Positions 25,516 through 33,610 of a stretch of DNA of 42,451 nt are shown piece after piece; positions within the stretch are counted from its first letter, which is position 1; every line of letters starts with the position of its first letter. Origin of the DNA: a virus (Duplodnaviria; Caudoviricetes); the IMG/VR virus record IMGVR_UViG_3300005259_000079, positions 1 through 42,451 of that record; one strand, 5' to 3'. The position numbers and the translations under genes were made by a program. The notes beneath the pieces are model-generated. The model was not told where the DNA came from, did no database searches, and worked only from the letters and a program-made list of their open reading frames with translations.

Positions 25516-26466
25516 ATGCCCGAACCCAGGAATTTACACGTAGACCAGGTATTATCGAACCTGTCCGTCAAATACAAAAACGAAGACATGATCTGGCCGA
25601 ATATTATGCCGATTGTGAAAGTCGATAAACGCTCTAACAAGTATGACGTTTATACAAAGGCCGATTCTTATAAACTGGTCGATGATTCAATCGGCCCCAA
25701 ATCCTTGCCCAACGAATCCGACTGGGGCGTCGGCCAGGATAATTACTCCGTGGCGGATCATGCCCAGGGCGATTGGCTTCCGCAGGAGGATGTCGACAAT
25801 GCCGACAATCCCCTGCAGCCGGAAGTCGATACCAACGATTTCTTGAATAACCTGCTGGATATCGCCCAGGAAAACCGCGTTGCCAATGTCGTGTTTCCGT
25901 CAACGCCCTCTACAACGTATCCGACCGGCAATTATACGACCCTTTCCGGAACATCGCAATGGGGCCAGAGTGCCGATGACCCGGTCGGCAACCTTCTGAC
26001 CGCGATCGAAGGATGCTTCTATCGCGCCAATACTATCGTCATGGGCGTGGATGTCTGGGTAATCTTCCGCAAATTGCAGGAAATCCTCGACGCCGTTAAA
26101 GGGTCCACCCGCTACCAGGGATCTCCGGGAGGTCTCGCTACGGTTGAAGAGTGCAAGGGCCTGTTTGAAGTCGAAAACTGGCTCATCGGCAGAGGCCGTT
26201 ATATCAGCTCAAAAGAAGGCCAAACACCGACGTATGCGAGAATATGGGGCAAGCACGTATCCGCCATGTATGTCAAACCCGGCAGTCTGGGAATCAAAAC
26301 AATCACCTTTGGGAAAACCTTTGCCGAAATGCTGCGCCAGACCCAGACGGATTTCGATCCGAAGCGCGGTGTCAAGGGCGCTAAATATTTCAAGGTCGCC
26401 TGGAATAGCTGCGAGAAGGTTGTCGCATCCGATCTCGGCTACATGATCCAGAACGCCGTGCCGTGA
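25516..26466 (+). CDS. Major capsid protein
   Basis: 316 aa after protease and decoration genes; H.D..LSN.SV.Y.N N-terminus, E.RVA, GY.I.NAV C-terminus; strong SD. Confidence 0.88.
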   Translation: MPEPRNLHVDQVLSNLSVKYKNEDMIWPNIMPIVKVDKRSNKYDVYTKADSYKLVDDSIGPKSLPNESDWGVGQDNYSVADHAQGDWLPQEDVDNADNPLQPEVDTNDFLNNLLDIAQENRVANVVFPSTPSTTYPTGNYTTLSGTSQWGQSADDPVGNLLTAIEGCFYRANTIVMGVDVWVIFRKLQEILDAVKGSTRYQGSPGGLATVEECKGLFEVENWLIGRGRYISSKEGQTPTYARIWGKHVSAMYVKPGSLGIKTITFGKTFAEMLRQTQTDFDPKRGVKGAKYFKVAWNSCEKVVASDLGYMIQNAVP

Positions 26467-26557
26467 TCTTAATCTCCTCCTGGTCGTCTCCCGCCCTTGT
26501 AGGCGGGAGTGCCTGGCGGAAACGCATTTAATGAATCAAACAGAAAGAGAGGTTTCC

Positions 26558-26809
26558 ATGCCCAAATATAAAGTCAAAGACGGTGCGTTTATCCAGCACG
26601 ATGGAAAAGCATACGGGCCGGGCGATATCCTCACCGCCACCGAAGAACAGGCCGAATTGCTGTCCGTTGAGGAACTGCCCGCGGATGAAGAAAAATATGC
26701 GGATATGACCAACAAGGAACTGATCGCAGCATTAACCGCAAAGGGAATCGAAATCCCGGCAAAGGTTACAAAGGCCGCGCTGATCGACCTGCTGGCCAAC
26801 GCCAAATAA
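26558..26809 (+). CDS. Small head-associated protein with C-terminal HeH/LEM-like motif
   Basis: Y.V....I.HDGK.Y.PGD; MT.KEL...L..KGIE.P....KA.LI.LL; SD GAGGT. Confidence 0.75.
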   Translation: MPKYKVKDGAFIQHDGKAYGPGDILTATEEQAELLSVEELPADEEKYADMTNKELIAALTAKGIEIPAKVTKAALIDLLANAK

Positions 26810-26815
26810 AGCGAA

Positions 26816-26863
26816 ATCCCGCCGATTGTGGCGGGATCATGCCGGACTCGGCACCCGGCATCT
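26816..26863. repeat. Tandem palindromes (ATCCCGCC/GGCGGGAT and ATGCCGG/CCGGCAT)
   Basis: Direct inspection; related CTCCCGCC/GGCGGGAG hairpin at 26488-26509. Confidence 0.55.
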
Positions 26864-26889
26864 GATGAGCAGCCGAAGAGGTATTAACA

Positions 26890-27222
26890 ATGGCAGAGAT
26901 ATTAGCACCAGCAACATATGCGTCCCCAAAAACGATTATCATCGAACCGCAAGAGCTGGCGGGATTGTATCGTTTCGGCGCGATCGTGGCTAATAATGAG
27001 CTGATAAATAATCCTCTGCATACGGATGCGTATGTATCTGATGATGGTGCCGAGTGGCGCTATCTGTGCGGATCGGCAGACTCTGGAGAGGTCGTAGAAG
27101 GGAAAACGAATGATCACGGGTTCATCATCGATGCTAATCTGATCAATGGTAAATATATAAAAATTTCGCTCAGTTTTAGTGCGTTATTAAACGTCGGGTA
27201 TCTCATGGAGCCGGTCAAATGA
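26890..27222 (+). CDS. Hypothetical protein (accessory virion cassette)
   Basis: SD GAGGT; YVSDDG..W motif suggests a beta-sandwich. Confidence 0.65.
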   Translation: MAEILAPATYASPKTIIIEPQELAGLYRFGAIVANNELINNPLHTDAYVSDDGAEWRYLCGSADSGEVVEGKTNDHGFIIDANLINGKYIKISLSFSALLNVGYLMEPVK

Positions 27223-27893
27223 CGATTTCTATTACTCAGCAAAACTGGCTCGCGGCCACTACTACAGGCAGCCAATCACTCGCTTTTACATCTAATGTGA
27301 CAGCAGGGAATGTCTTGATTGCGGTCGGTTATACCTATGGATCGGGAATCGATTTAAATGCAATATCCGATTCCCGTGGCAATGCATGGACACGCAATGT
27401 TTACGGTGGCAATAATGGTTCATTCTCTGGCATTTGGTCATGCGTGGCTAAAGATTCCGGCATATGCACCGTCACCTGCGGTGGCACTGGTAATTATCAT
27501 AGTATAGGATTACTTGAGGTTTCCGGATTAGATACTTCTTCGCTTGTTGATAATACAAATTCCGGAAGCACAACAGGAACATCAATCACTGCATCAATCA
27601 CGACCACTACGCCAAACACATTGTTGGTAGGGGCAATGCAGGAGCCCGGTGGCGGTCTGACCATTACATCCAATAATAATGAAATCGGGAAACAGCAAAA
27701 CGGTAACTACATGGTCAGCGCTGCTGAGTATAGCATCGTAAGCGCTGCGGGTGCGAATTCTTTAACCTGGGGAATCAATACATCAACACAGTTATTTTGG
27801 TGCATTGCTGCGTATGAGGCAGCGTCATCCAACGCTCAGTCATTGCCCCCCTTCACACCCTGGCCGCAATTAGGCCCGATATTAGCCCAGTAA
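27219..27893 (+). CDS. Ser/Thr/Gly-rich beta-sandwich protein, probable virion appendage
   Basis: AF.SNVTAGN.LI...ISDS.GN.W...EVSG, two similar halves; Pro-rich C-terminal tail. Confidence 0.7.
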   Translation: MTISITQQNWLAATTTGSQSLAFTSNVTAGNVLIAVGYTYGSGIDLNAISDSRGNAWTRNVYGGNNGSFSGIWSCVAKDSGICTVTCGGTGNYHSIGLLEVSGLDTSSLVDNTNSGSTTGTSITASITTTTPNTLLVGAMQEPGGGLTITSNNNEIGKQQNGNYMVSAAEYSIVSAAGANSLTWGINTSTQLFWCIAAYEAASSNAQSLPPFTPWPQLGPILAQ

Positions 27894-27903
27894 AGGAGAT
27901 TCT

Positions 27904-28086
27904 ATGGCAGAAATATTAACACCGCAGCAGATCAACGAAGAACAAAGAAAAACAGCATGTATGCAGGAAATACAGACATCGCTCAACAAGTATCAATGCA
28001 TGCTGAATCCTGTGTTCCATATCAGTTCGCAAGGCATCAGGGGAGATATCGAAATTCTCCCGAAACCAATAATCGCAACCATATAA
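27904..28086 (+). CDS. Small hypothetical protein
   Basis: SD AAGGAG; 60 aa. Confidence 0.6.
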   Translation: MAEILTPQQINEEQRKTACMQEIQTSLNKYQCMLNPVFHISSQGIRGDIEILPKPIIATI

Positions 28087-28112
28087 TTCAATCCGGAAGG
28101 AGGATATTTTAG

Positions 28113-28598
28113 ATGAGAGAATACACAATCAAGGGACAAAACATCACAGTCGCCAATCAGGCTGTCAGTTTGGTGGCGGTCATGCCCGTTGCCGGAACCG
28201 TCATTGAAATTCTGCGTTGCTGGGTTTCCCAGGCAGCAAACGCGACATCCGCACAACAGCGAATTTTACTGGGGTTGAAGGCATCCGTCTTCCAGACCGT
28301 CACCGCTGCGACGCCGCAGAAAACCAAAACAGGCGATCCCGCGTCCGGTATTACGGGTGGCACCACGATTGCCGCTGGTGTGGCCGGTATCAATGCATCT
28401 GCTGAAGGCGCGGGAACGTTGACGGATATTATCAACGATTCGTTCAACGTCTTGAACGGATGGCTCTGGGTGCCGACACCACGTGAAACGATCATCATCC
28501 GCGCGGCAGATTCGGTGGCATTCACGATGCAGTTCCCGGCCGCGCCTGCAACATTGACTGGATGGAATTTTGGCGTCACGTACGCCGAGATTGGCTAA
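28113..28598 (+). CDS. Hypothetical protein, probable structural beta-sandwich
   Basis: SD AGGAGG; FN.LNG.LW.PTP.E motif; ends V.Y.EIG. Confidence 0.7.
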   Translation: MREYTIKGQNITVANQAVSLVAVMPVAGTVIEILRCWVSQAANATSAQQRILLGLKASVFQTVTAATPQKTKTGDPASGITGGTTIAAGVAGINASAEGAGTLTDIINDSFNVLNGWLWVPTPRETIIIRAADSVAFTMQFPAAPATLTGWNFGVTYAEIG

Positions 28599-28621
28599 TA
28601 CTATTTAAGGAATTCTGAACC

Positions 28622-29683
28622 GTGGGAATTTACTATCAACCTCCTCCGGCACCGACAATCCCGCCGGTGCCGCTGCAAAATTTACCGCCGGCGCTCCTGG
28701 CTGTCCGGGGTGATGCTCCGCCCGTTATGTGTGGCGCAAATGATCCGGATGTCATGTGGAATATCCTCCGTATGCATGACGCGCCAGATCCGCAACCGAG
28801 GCAGACACCGCCCAGCGCCATTCCCGCGCTCTATCCTAAATCAGTTGATAATCCTCCGGTAATGTGCGGTGCGAACGATCCGGATCTGTATCTATCCATT
28901 AGATCATGGGATGATCCCGCGCCCTGGCCAATACAGGGCAAGCGATCAATTGTATCTCCGCTCTATCCGATCATCATCAGCAACCCGCCGCTGAACAATC
29001 GCGGACAATTAATAAACCTTATCCGGGCATGGGATCAGGCGGAATTTCGTATTCCATCGCCTTCTCAATTTCCTCAGGCTACAATCATCAATTTGCCGCC
29101 TTTTACGCAATTATCCCGGACATCGGCATTTCAGACACTCGTTCAATCATGGATACCGCCTGATCCCATGCCGCCCAGGTCATCTATCAACCTGGCTCCG
29201 GCAATATCGGTCATACGAGGAGACAATCCTCCGGTAATGTGCGGTGCGAACGATCCGGATCTATATCTATCCATTAGGTCATGGGATGATCCCGCGCCCT
29301 GGCCAATGCAGGGCAAGCGATCAATTGTATCTCCGCTCTATCCGATGATTGTCAGCAATCCGCCGCTGAACAATCGCGGACAATTAATGAACCTTATCCG
29401 GGCATGGGATGCGACAGATTTACGGATTCCGTCCCTGGTTAAATTGCCGCAGCTTACGATCATTAATCTGCCGCCTTTTACGCAATTATCCCGGACATCC
29501 GTATATCAGACGCTTATTCAATCGTGGATGCCGCCTGATCCTATGCCGCCGCGCTCATTGCTCAACGTCGTCATTCCCTTATGGACGCCGGTATCCCTGT
29601 ACAACAAGGTTCGTCTGTCGTTCGTACCGCGACAGGGCGGCGTGCTCTTTACAGCCAAAAATGGAACGGTGAAAATAGGATGA
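28622..29683 (+). CDS. Proline-rich repeat protein
   Basis: About seven 37-45 aa units xPP...I..WxxPxP; GTG start; ATGA overlap with next gene. Confidence 0.7.
   Translation: MGIYYQPPPAPTIPPVPLQNLPPALLAVRGDAPPVMCGANDPDVMWNILRMHDAPDPQPRQTPPSAIPALYPKSVDNPPVMCGANDPDLYLSIRSWDDPAPWPIQGKRSIVSPLYPIIISNPPLNNRGQLINLIRAWDQAEFRIPSPSQFPQATIINLPPFTQLSRTSAFQTLVQSWIPPDPMPPRSSINLAPAISVIRGDNPPVMCGANDPDLYLSIRSWDDPAPWPMQGKRSIVSPLYPMIVSNPPLNNRGQLMNLIRAWDATDLRIPSLVKLPQLTIINLPPFTQLSRTSVYQTLIQSWMPPDPMPPRSLLNVVIPLWTPVSLYNKVRLSFVPRQGGVLFTAKNGTVKIG
28850..29555 (+). repeat. Internal direct repeat, 375-bp (125-codon) period
   Basis: Copy 1 starts 28850 and copy 2 starts 29225 (AATCCTCCGGTAATGTGCGGTGCGAACGATCCGGATCT...). 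Confidence 0.9.
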
Positions 29684-30000
29684 AAATAATCAACGAAAAG
29701 ACATCGCTGGTCCTGGAATTGAAATTTAGCGATGAACTGGATCGACCGGTCATCCCGGCCAGTGCTCAATACCGGCTCGATGATGTCTCTACCGGTCAGC
29801 AGATAGCGGGTTGGACAAATATCGCACCATCTGCGGCCACATATGACCTGGTTATTTCGGATGAACAAAACGCCATCATCGATCCTGACCAGGAAGTCGA
29901 AAAAAAGCGGGTCACGGTCAGTTTTACATTCGGTTCGGACAACAAGCGGGCAACGGATGAATATACATACGCCGTGCGGAATTTAACGAATATAACCTGA
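29680..30000 (+). CDS. Hypothetical beta-sandwich protein, 106 aa
   Basis: MKIINEKTSLVLELKF.DE...PV.P.SA.Y; coupled start at 29680. Confidence 0.7.
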   Translation: MKIINEKTSLVLELKFSDELDRPVIPASAQYRLDDVSTGQQIAGWTNIAPSAATYDLVISDEQNAIIDPDQEVEKKRVTVSFTFGSDNKRATDEYTYAVRNLTNIT

Positions 30001-30010
30001 GAGGAAGTCT

Positions 30011-30442
30011 ATGTACTGCACAATTAACGACCTGAAAACCGTCATTCCCGAACAGGACATGATCGAGCTGACCGACGACATGGTGCCGGCCCAGACCATC
30101 ATCGCGGCCAACGTCAACCGCGCCATCAGCGATGCCGGCGAACTCATCGACGGCTATCTGCGCGGCCGATACACCCTGCCGCTGGCTCCGGTACCCGGCA
30201 TCATCGCAACTCTTGCTTGCGACATCGCCGTATATCGGCTGTATGCCCGCAAGGTAAGGGTTACGCCGCCAGAAGGCGTCTCTGAGCGCTACAAGGCTGC
30301 CCTGAAGGCGCTGGAGCAAATCCAAAAGGGAGAAATCACCCTGGGGTCGGCAGGCACCGTATTGCCTGGTGATGACCAGGATCAGATCAGCGTAACAGAA
30401 CAAGATAGAATTTTCACCCGCAACACGATGCAGGGATTTTAA
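30011..30442 (+). CDS. Head-tail connector, Mu gp36 (DUF1320)
   Basis: MYCT..DL......LTD...AI.DA...IDGYL..RY.LPL...CDIA.Y.L...RY..A...L..I..G. Confidence 0.92.
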   Translation: MYCTINDLKTVIPEQDMIELTDDMVPAQTIIAANVNRAISDAGELIDGYLRGRYTLPLAPVPGIIATLACDIAVYRLYARKVRVTPPEGVSERYKAALKALEQIQKGEITLGSAGTVLPGDDQDQISVTEQDRIFTRNTMQGF

Positions 30443-30496
30443 CCTCCCCCTTCGCGCCACCTTCAGGTGGTTCTAAAGGGGGATTGAGGGGGATTT
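30443..30496. repeat. CCCCC...AAAGGGGG-NNN-GAGGGGGATTT element, copy 1, with nested GCCACCTTCAGGTGG
   Basis: Shared with 38243-38278 and 38655-38689; nested ACCTTCAGGT equals host 2788-2797. Confidence 0.7.
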
Positions 30497-30497
30497 G

Positions 30498-31013
30498 ATG
30501 CTAAGCGAAATCGAAGAAGCCGTCAAAAACAGAATCTGCGACAAACTGGCCGAAGCCGCCGGAAAAATCGACGTCCAGCGCGGCGTCGAAGGCATCCCGC
30601 GCCAGGCAGTCTATGTCTCCGTCGAAGAGGGTGATTTCACGCGCGTCACCTCCGACACATTTAGTTGCGCGGTCAAAGGATACGTAGACATCGTCTTTTC
30701 CAATCTGCAAAGCGAAGAAATGCGCCGCAAAGGCATCGCGCCCATCCTGGAAGGTATCTATCAGTGCCTGCTTTTGCAGAAACTGGGATTAACCATCGAT
30801 CCCATCGCCCCGACGCGCTTCCGGAACACGACAACCCAGGATTTCAAGGAAAAGGGCCTGATTGTCTATACTCTGGAATTTTCCACAAAATTCCGCATTA
30901 CCAAACTGGACGAAGAGGCCGCCACGGAATTGCTCCGGATCGGCCTGAACTACTACCTGAAGCCTGGCGACAACGTAGCCGACGCCAGCGATGAAATAAA
31001 CTTACGCCCTTAA
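30498..31013 (+). CDS. Mu gp37-like (DUF1834) tail completion protein
   Basis: Position after gp36; IEEA...RI N-terminus; L..IGL.YYLKPGD..ADASD C-terminus. Confidence 0.8.
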   Translation: MLSEIEEAVKNRICDKLAEAAGKIDVQRGVEGIPRQAVYVSVEEGDFTRVTSDTFSCAVKGYVDIVFSNLQSEEMRRKGIAPILEGIYQCLLLQKLGLTIDPIAPTRFRNTTTQDFKEKGLIVYTLEFSTKFRITKLDEEAATELLRIGLNYYLKPGDNVADASDEINLRP

Positions 31014-31015
31014 AT

Positions 31016-31052
31016 GTCATTGCGAACCGCGCCTCGCGCGGTGTGGCAATCT
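31016..31052. repeat. GTCATTGCGA...GTGGCAATCT palindromic element
   Basis: ATTGC/GCAAT outer arms and ACCGCGC/GCGCGGT inner arms. Confidence 0.6.
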
Positions 31053-31068
31053 AAACAAGGAGGAAATC

Positions 31069-31251
31069 ATGAAAGTATTGTCAGCACCGGGCACCCAATG
31101 CCCGAAAGAAAGCAATCCCAGGGATTACATCGACGACCAGACGCCTCAAGAAGTGCCGGATACCACCTATTACATCCGCCTGGTTATGGAAGGTTCCCTG
31201 GTCAAAGTGGATGAGGCTCAACCAGTATCGGAAAAAGGAGGTAAGAAATAA
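31069..31251 (+). CDS. Mu gp38-like (DUF2635) protein
   Basis: V.A.PG..CP.E..PR.YI.....EVPD..YY.RLV..GSL; immediately before the sheath. Confidence 0.85.
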   Translation: MKVLSAPGTQCPKESNPRDYIDDQTPQEVPDTTYYIRLVMEGSLVKVDEAQPVSEKGGKK

Positions 31252-32675
31252 TGGCATCAAAAAACGTATTATTTGACACCATACAGTCAGGTGTTCTGAA
31301 GCCCGGAAAATACTTCGAATACAATACACGCGGCGCTGTGCACACGCTTCCCGCCAACGAGCAGAGCGTCCTGATTGTCGCGCAGCGGACATCCGGCGGC
31401 AGCATACCGGCGCTAACGCCCATGCAGGTCTTTTCCGATTCCGACGCCGCAGCATATTTCGGATATGGATCGCATGCGCACCTGATGGTTCGCGCCGCCA
31501 TCCGGGCCAATCCTTATCTGCAAATCAGTGTATGCGCGCTGGACGACTCGGCGTCAAGCCCCGTTGCTCGGGTTCAGACGCTGGCCATTAACGGTCCGGC
31601 CACCGGCTCAGGCACATTTACGTTGTACGTCGGCAATGTCCGATACCAGATTGGCATCGCCTCGGCCGATACCGCAGCAACCATCGCTGCCAATGTGAAA
31701 GCCGCGCTGGATGCTGATCCGTCATTACCCTTTACTGTAACCATAGCGACCGCTACACTGACGTTTACCGCGAAAAATAAGGGCACCGTTACAAACCAGG
31801 TGGACTTCGAGACCGCCATCACGGCCACAGGCGTGACGGCCACATTAACTGCAACCACGGCCGGAACCGTCGATCCGGACATTTCTACAGCACTGGCCAG
31901 CGTATTTGCCAAAGATTACACAATTATTGCTGCACCGTTCAACGATGCAACCTCTCTTGCCGCCCTTAAAACACACCTCGATGCAATCAGCGGAGCGATG
32001 GAACAACGCCCGGCAACCGGCTATTTCGGATACGATGGACTTCTGGCATCGTGTACGACTCTATCGAGCAACGTTAACAGCGGCCGCATCGTCAATGGGT
32101 TTTTACGGGGTACGCGATCGCCGGCTTTTGAAGTTGCAGCGGCCTATGCCGCAGTTAAAGCGTCGGAAGAGCATCCGGCGCGCCCGCTTAATTATCTTCC
32201 GCTTATAGGAATAGGTGCGCCGCCGATCAACCAGCGCCTCTCCCGTACGGAGCAGGAGGCGTGTCTTGCCAACGGCGTCGCACCATTGGAGGTCGGCCCC
32301 GGAGAGGTGGTGCAGATCGTGCGTGCGGTAACCACTTATACCAAAGATCCGCAAAACATTACTGACAGGGCCCTGCTCGACATCCAATCAATATGTGTGC
32401 TCGATTACGTGCGCAAGGTAATCAGGACGGATATCGCGTTATGTTTTCCCCGTGATTTGCTTTCCAGTAAGACACCGCCCCGCGTTCGTGACCGGATATT
32501 ATTCCGACTCTATCAGCTTGAGGAATTAGAGATTGTCGAAAATGTGGCCGAAAATGAACCGGGTATCATCGTCGAACGCGACGAACAGGACTCCAACCGG
32601 CTCAATGCGAAAATCCCCGTGAATATCGTAAACGGCCTGCACGTATTCGCCGGCCGGATTGATCTGATACTCTAA
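31251..32675 (+). CDS. Contractile tail sheath, Mu gpL-like
   Basis: PG.Y.E.N, FG.GS..H.M, E..PARPL..L.L.G, E...L..GV.PL, RAVTTY, V.GLHVFA. Confidence 0.95.
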   Translation: MASKNVLFDTIQSGVLKPGKYFEYNTRGAVHTLPANEQSVLIVAQRTSGGSIPALTPMQVFSDSDAAAYFGYGSHAHLMVRAAIRANPYLQISVCALDDSASSPVARVQTLAINGPATGSGTFTLYVGNVRYQIGIASADTAATIAANVKAALDADPSLPFTVTIATATLTFTAKNKGTVTNQVDFETAITATGVTATLTATTAGTVDPDISTALASVFAKDYTIIAAPFNDATSLAALKTHLDAISGAMEQRPATGYFGYDGLLASCTTLSSNVNSGRIVNGFLRGTRSPAFEVAAAYAAVKASEEHPARPLNYLPLIGIGAPPINQRLSRTEQEACLANGVAPLEVGPGEVVQIVRAVTTYTKDPQNITDRALLDIQSICVLDYVRKVIRTDIALCFPRDLLSSKTPPRVRDRILFRLYQLEELEIVENVAENEPGIIVERDEQDSNRLNAKIPVNIVNGLHVFAGRIDLIL

Positions 32676-32677
32676 CT

Positions 32678-32723
32678 ATCCCTTGCCACCCCTCCCTTGA
32701 TGGGAGGGGCAGGGGGAGGGTGA
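32678..32723. repeat. Purine/pyrimidine-tract palindrome (CCCCTCCCTTGATGGGAGGGG-CA-GGGGGAGGGTGA)
   Basis: Reverse-oriented relative of the element inside the TraR-like gene. Confidence 0.65.
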
Positions 32724-32738
32724 AAACAAGGAGGAAAT

Positions 32739-33092
32739 ATGGAATTTGTCAGCGATGTCATCGTCGAAATCAACGGACAGGTCGTCCCCGAAATCAAATC
32801 GGCGACGGAAGGCGAGCGCGATCTAAACGGCACCGTCAAACTGATGGGCGGGACCGGACATTACAAAAAGAGAGAACGGCCCACCTGTCAGGTGAAATAT
32901 GTCATTCCCTTCGACAAAGCCGAATTTGATTTTACTGCTGTCAATGACGGCACCCTGACCATCGATTATAAGAACGGCGTGCGCAAGAAATACATGGGGG
33001 TTTACGTCACCAAAATCGGCGCAGCCGAATTCGACGGCGAAGTGGAAGGTGTGGTCAAAGTCGTCGAATTTTCAGCATCCACGCTGAAATAA
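32739..33092 (+). CDS. Tail tube protein
   Basis: 117 aa directly after the sheath; beta-rich; SD AAGGAGG. Confidence 0.85.
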   Translation: MEFVSDVIVEINGQVVPEIKSATEGERDLNGTVKLMGGTGHYKKRERPTCQVKYVIPFDKAEFDFTAVNDGTLTIDYKNGVRKKYMGVYVTKIGAAEFDGEVEGVVKVVEFSASTLK

Positions 33093-33109
33093 ATTAAAAT
33101 CATTACGTT

Positions 33110-33136
33110 GTCATTCCGGTGATGGCCGGAATCCAG
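33110..33136. repeat. GTCATTCC-N-GGAATCCAG palindromic element
   Basis: GTCATTCCGGTGATGGCCGGAATCCAG; sister copy GTCATTCCCGCAAAGGCGGGAATCCAG at 21634-21660. Confidence 0.7.
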
Positions 33137-33153
33137 GAAACAAAGGAGATAAA

Positions 33154-33507
33154 ATGCTTACAGAAACAGGAACATTGCCCGTCGGCGTCGAATATAACGG
33201 GAAAACCCACAAGGACTTCGAAATCCGCGAGCAACTCGTCAGCGATACCATCGCCGTATTCGATGACACCGCCCGCGCCGCAAGGGCGACAAAAAACCCG
33301 CAATATTGCGCGTTGTGCATCACCTGCCGGCAGATCGTCCGTCTGGGCGACATCCCTGCGGATAAAATCACGCCGGAGTTGCTGATGACCATGCTCAACG
33401 ACGATTACAGAGCGATATCCGCTGCGGAAGTGAGGATGGCCGTCAAACGGGAGACCTTTTGCAGCGAAGGTAAAGGCGAATCGGAAAAAAGTGCTGATGC
33501 TTCTTAA
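33154..33507 (+). CDS. Tail assembly chaperone (Mu gp41-like) with probable frameshift extension to 33601
   Basis: Between tube and tape measure; G.L..G.EY.GK.HK.F..RE; +1 frame open from 33458 to TAG 33599-33601. Confidence 0.85.
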   Translation: MLTETGTLPVGVEYNGKTHKDFEIREQLVSDTIAVFDDTARAARATKNPQYCALCITCRQIVRLGDIPADKITPELLMTMLNDDYRAISAAEVRMAVKRETFCSEGKGESEKSADAS

Positions 33508-33610
33508 GATGGGGTTTGATTACGCCACCATCATGGCCATGCCTGAAAGCGAAGCAACACAGTATTTGATATTATATAAAGAGTTAAACACACCCAAGTA
33601 GGGAAAGCAA

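Noticed and set aside
28850-29555. Diversity-generating retroelement TR/VR pair
   Set aside because: No reverse transcriptase in the window; both copies are in one ORF; differences include many non-adenine, synonymous changes.
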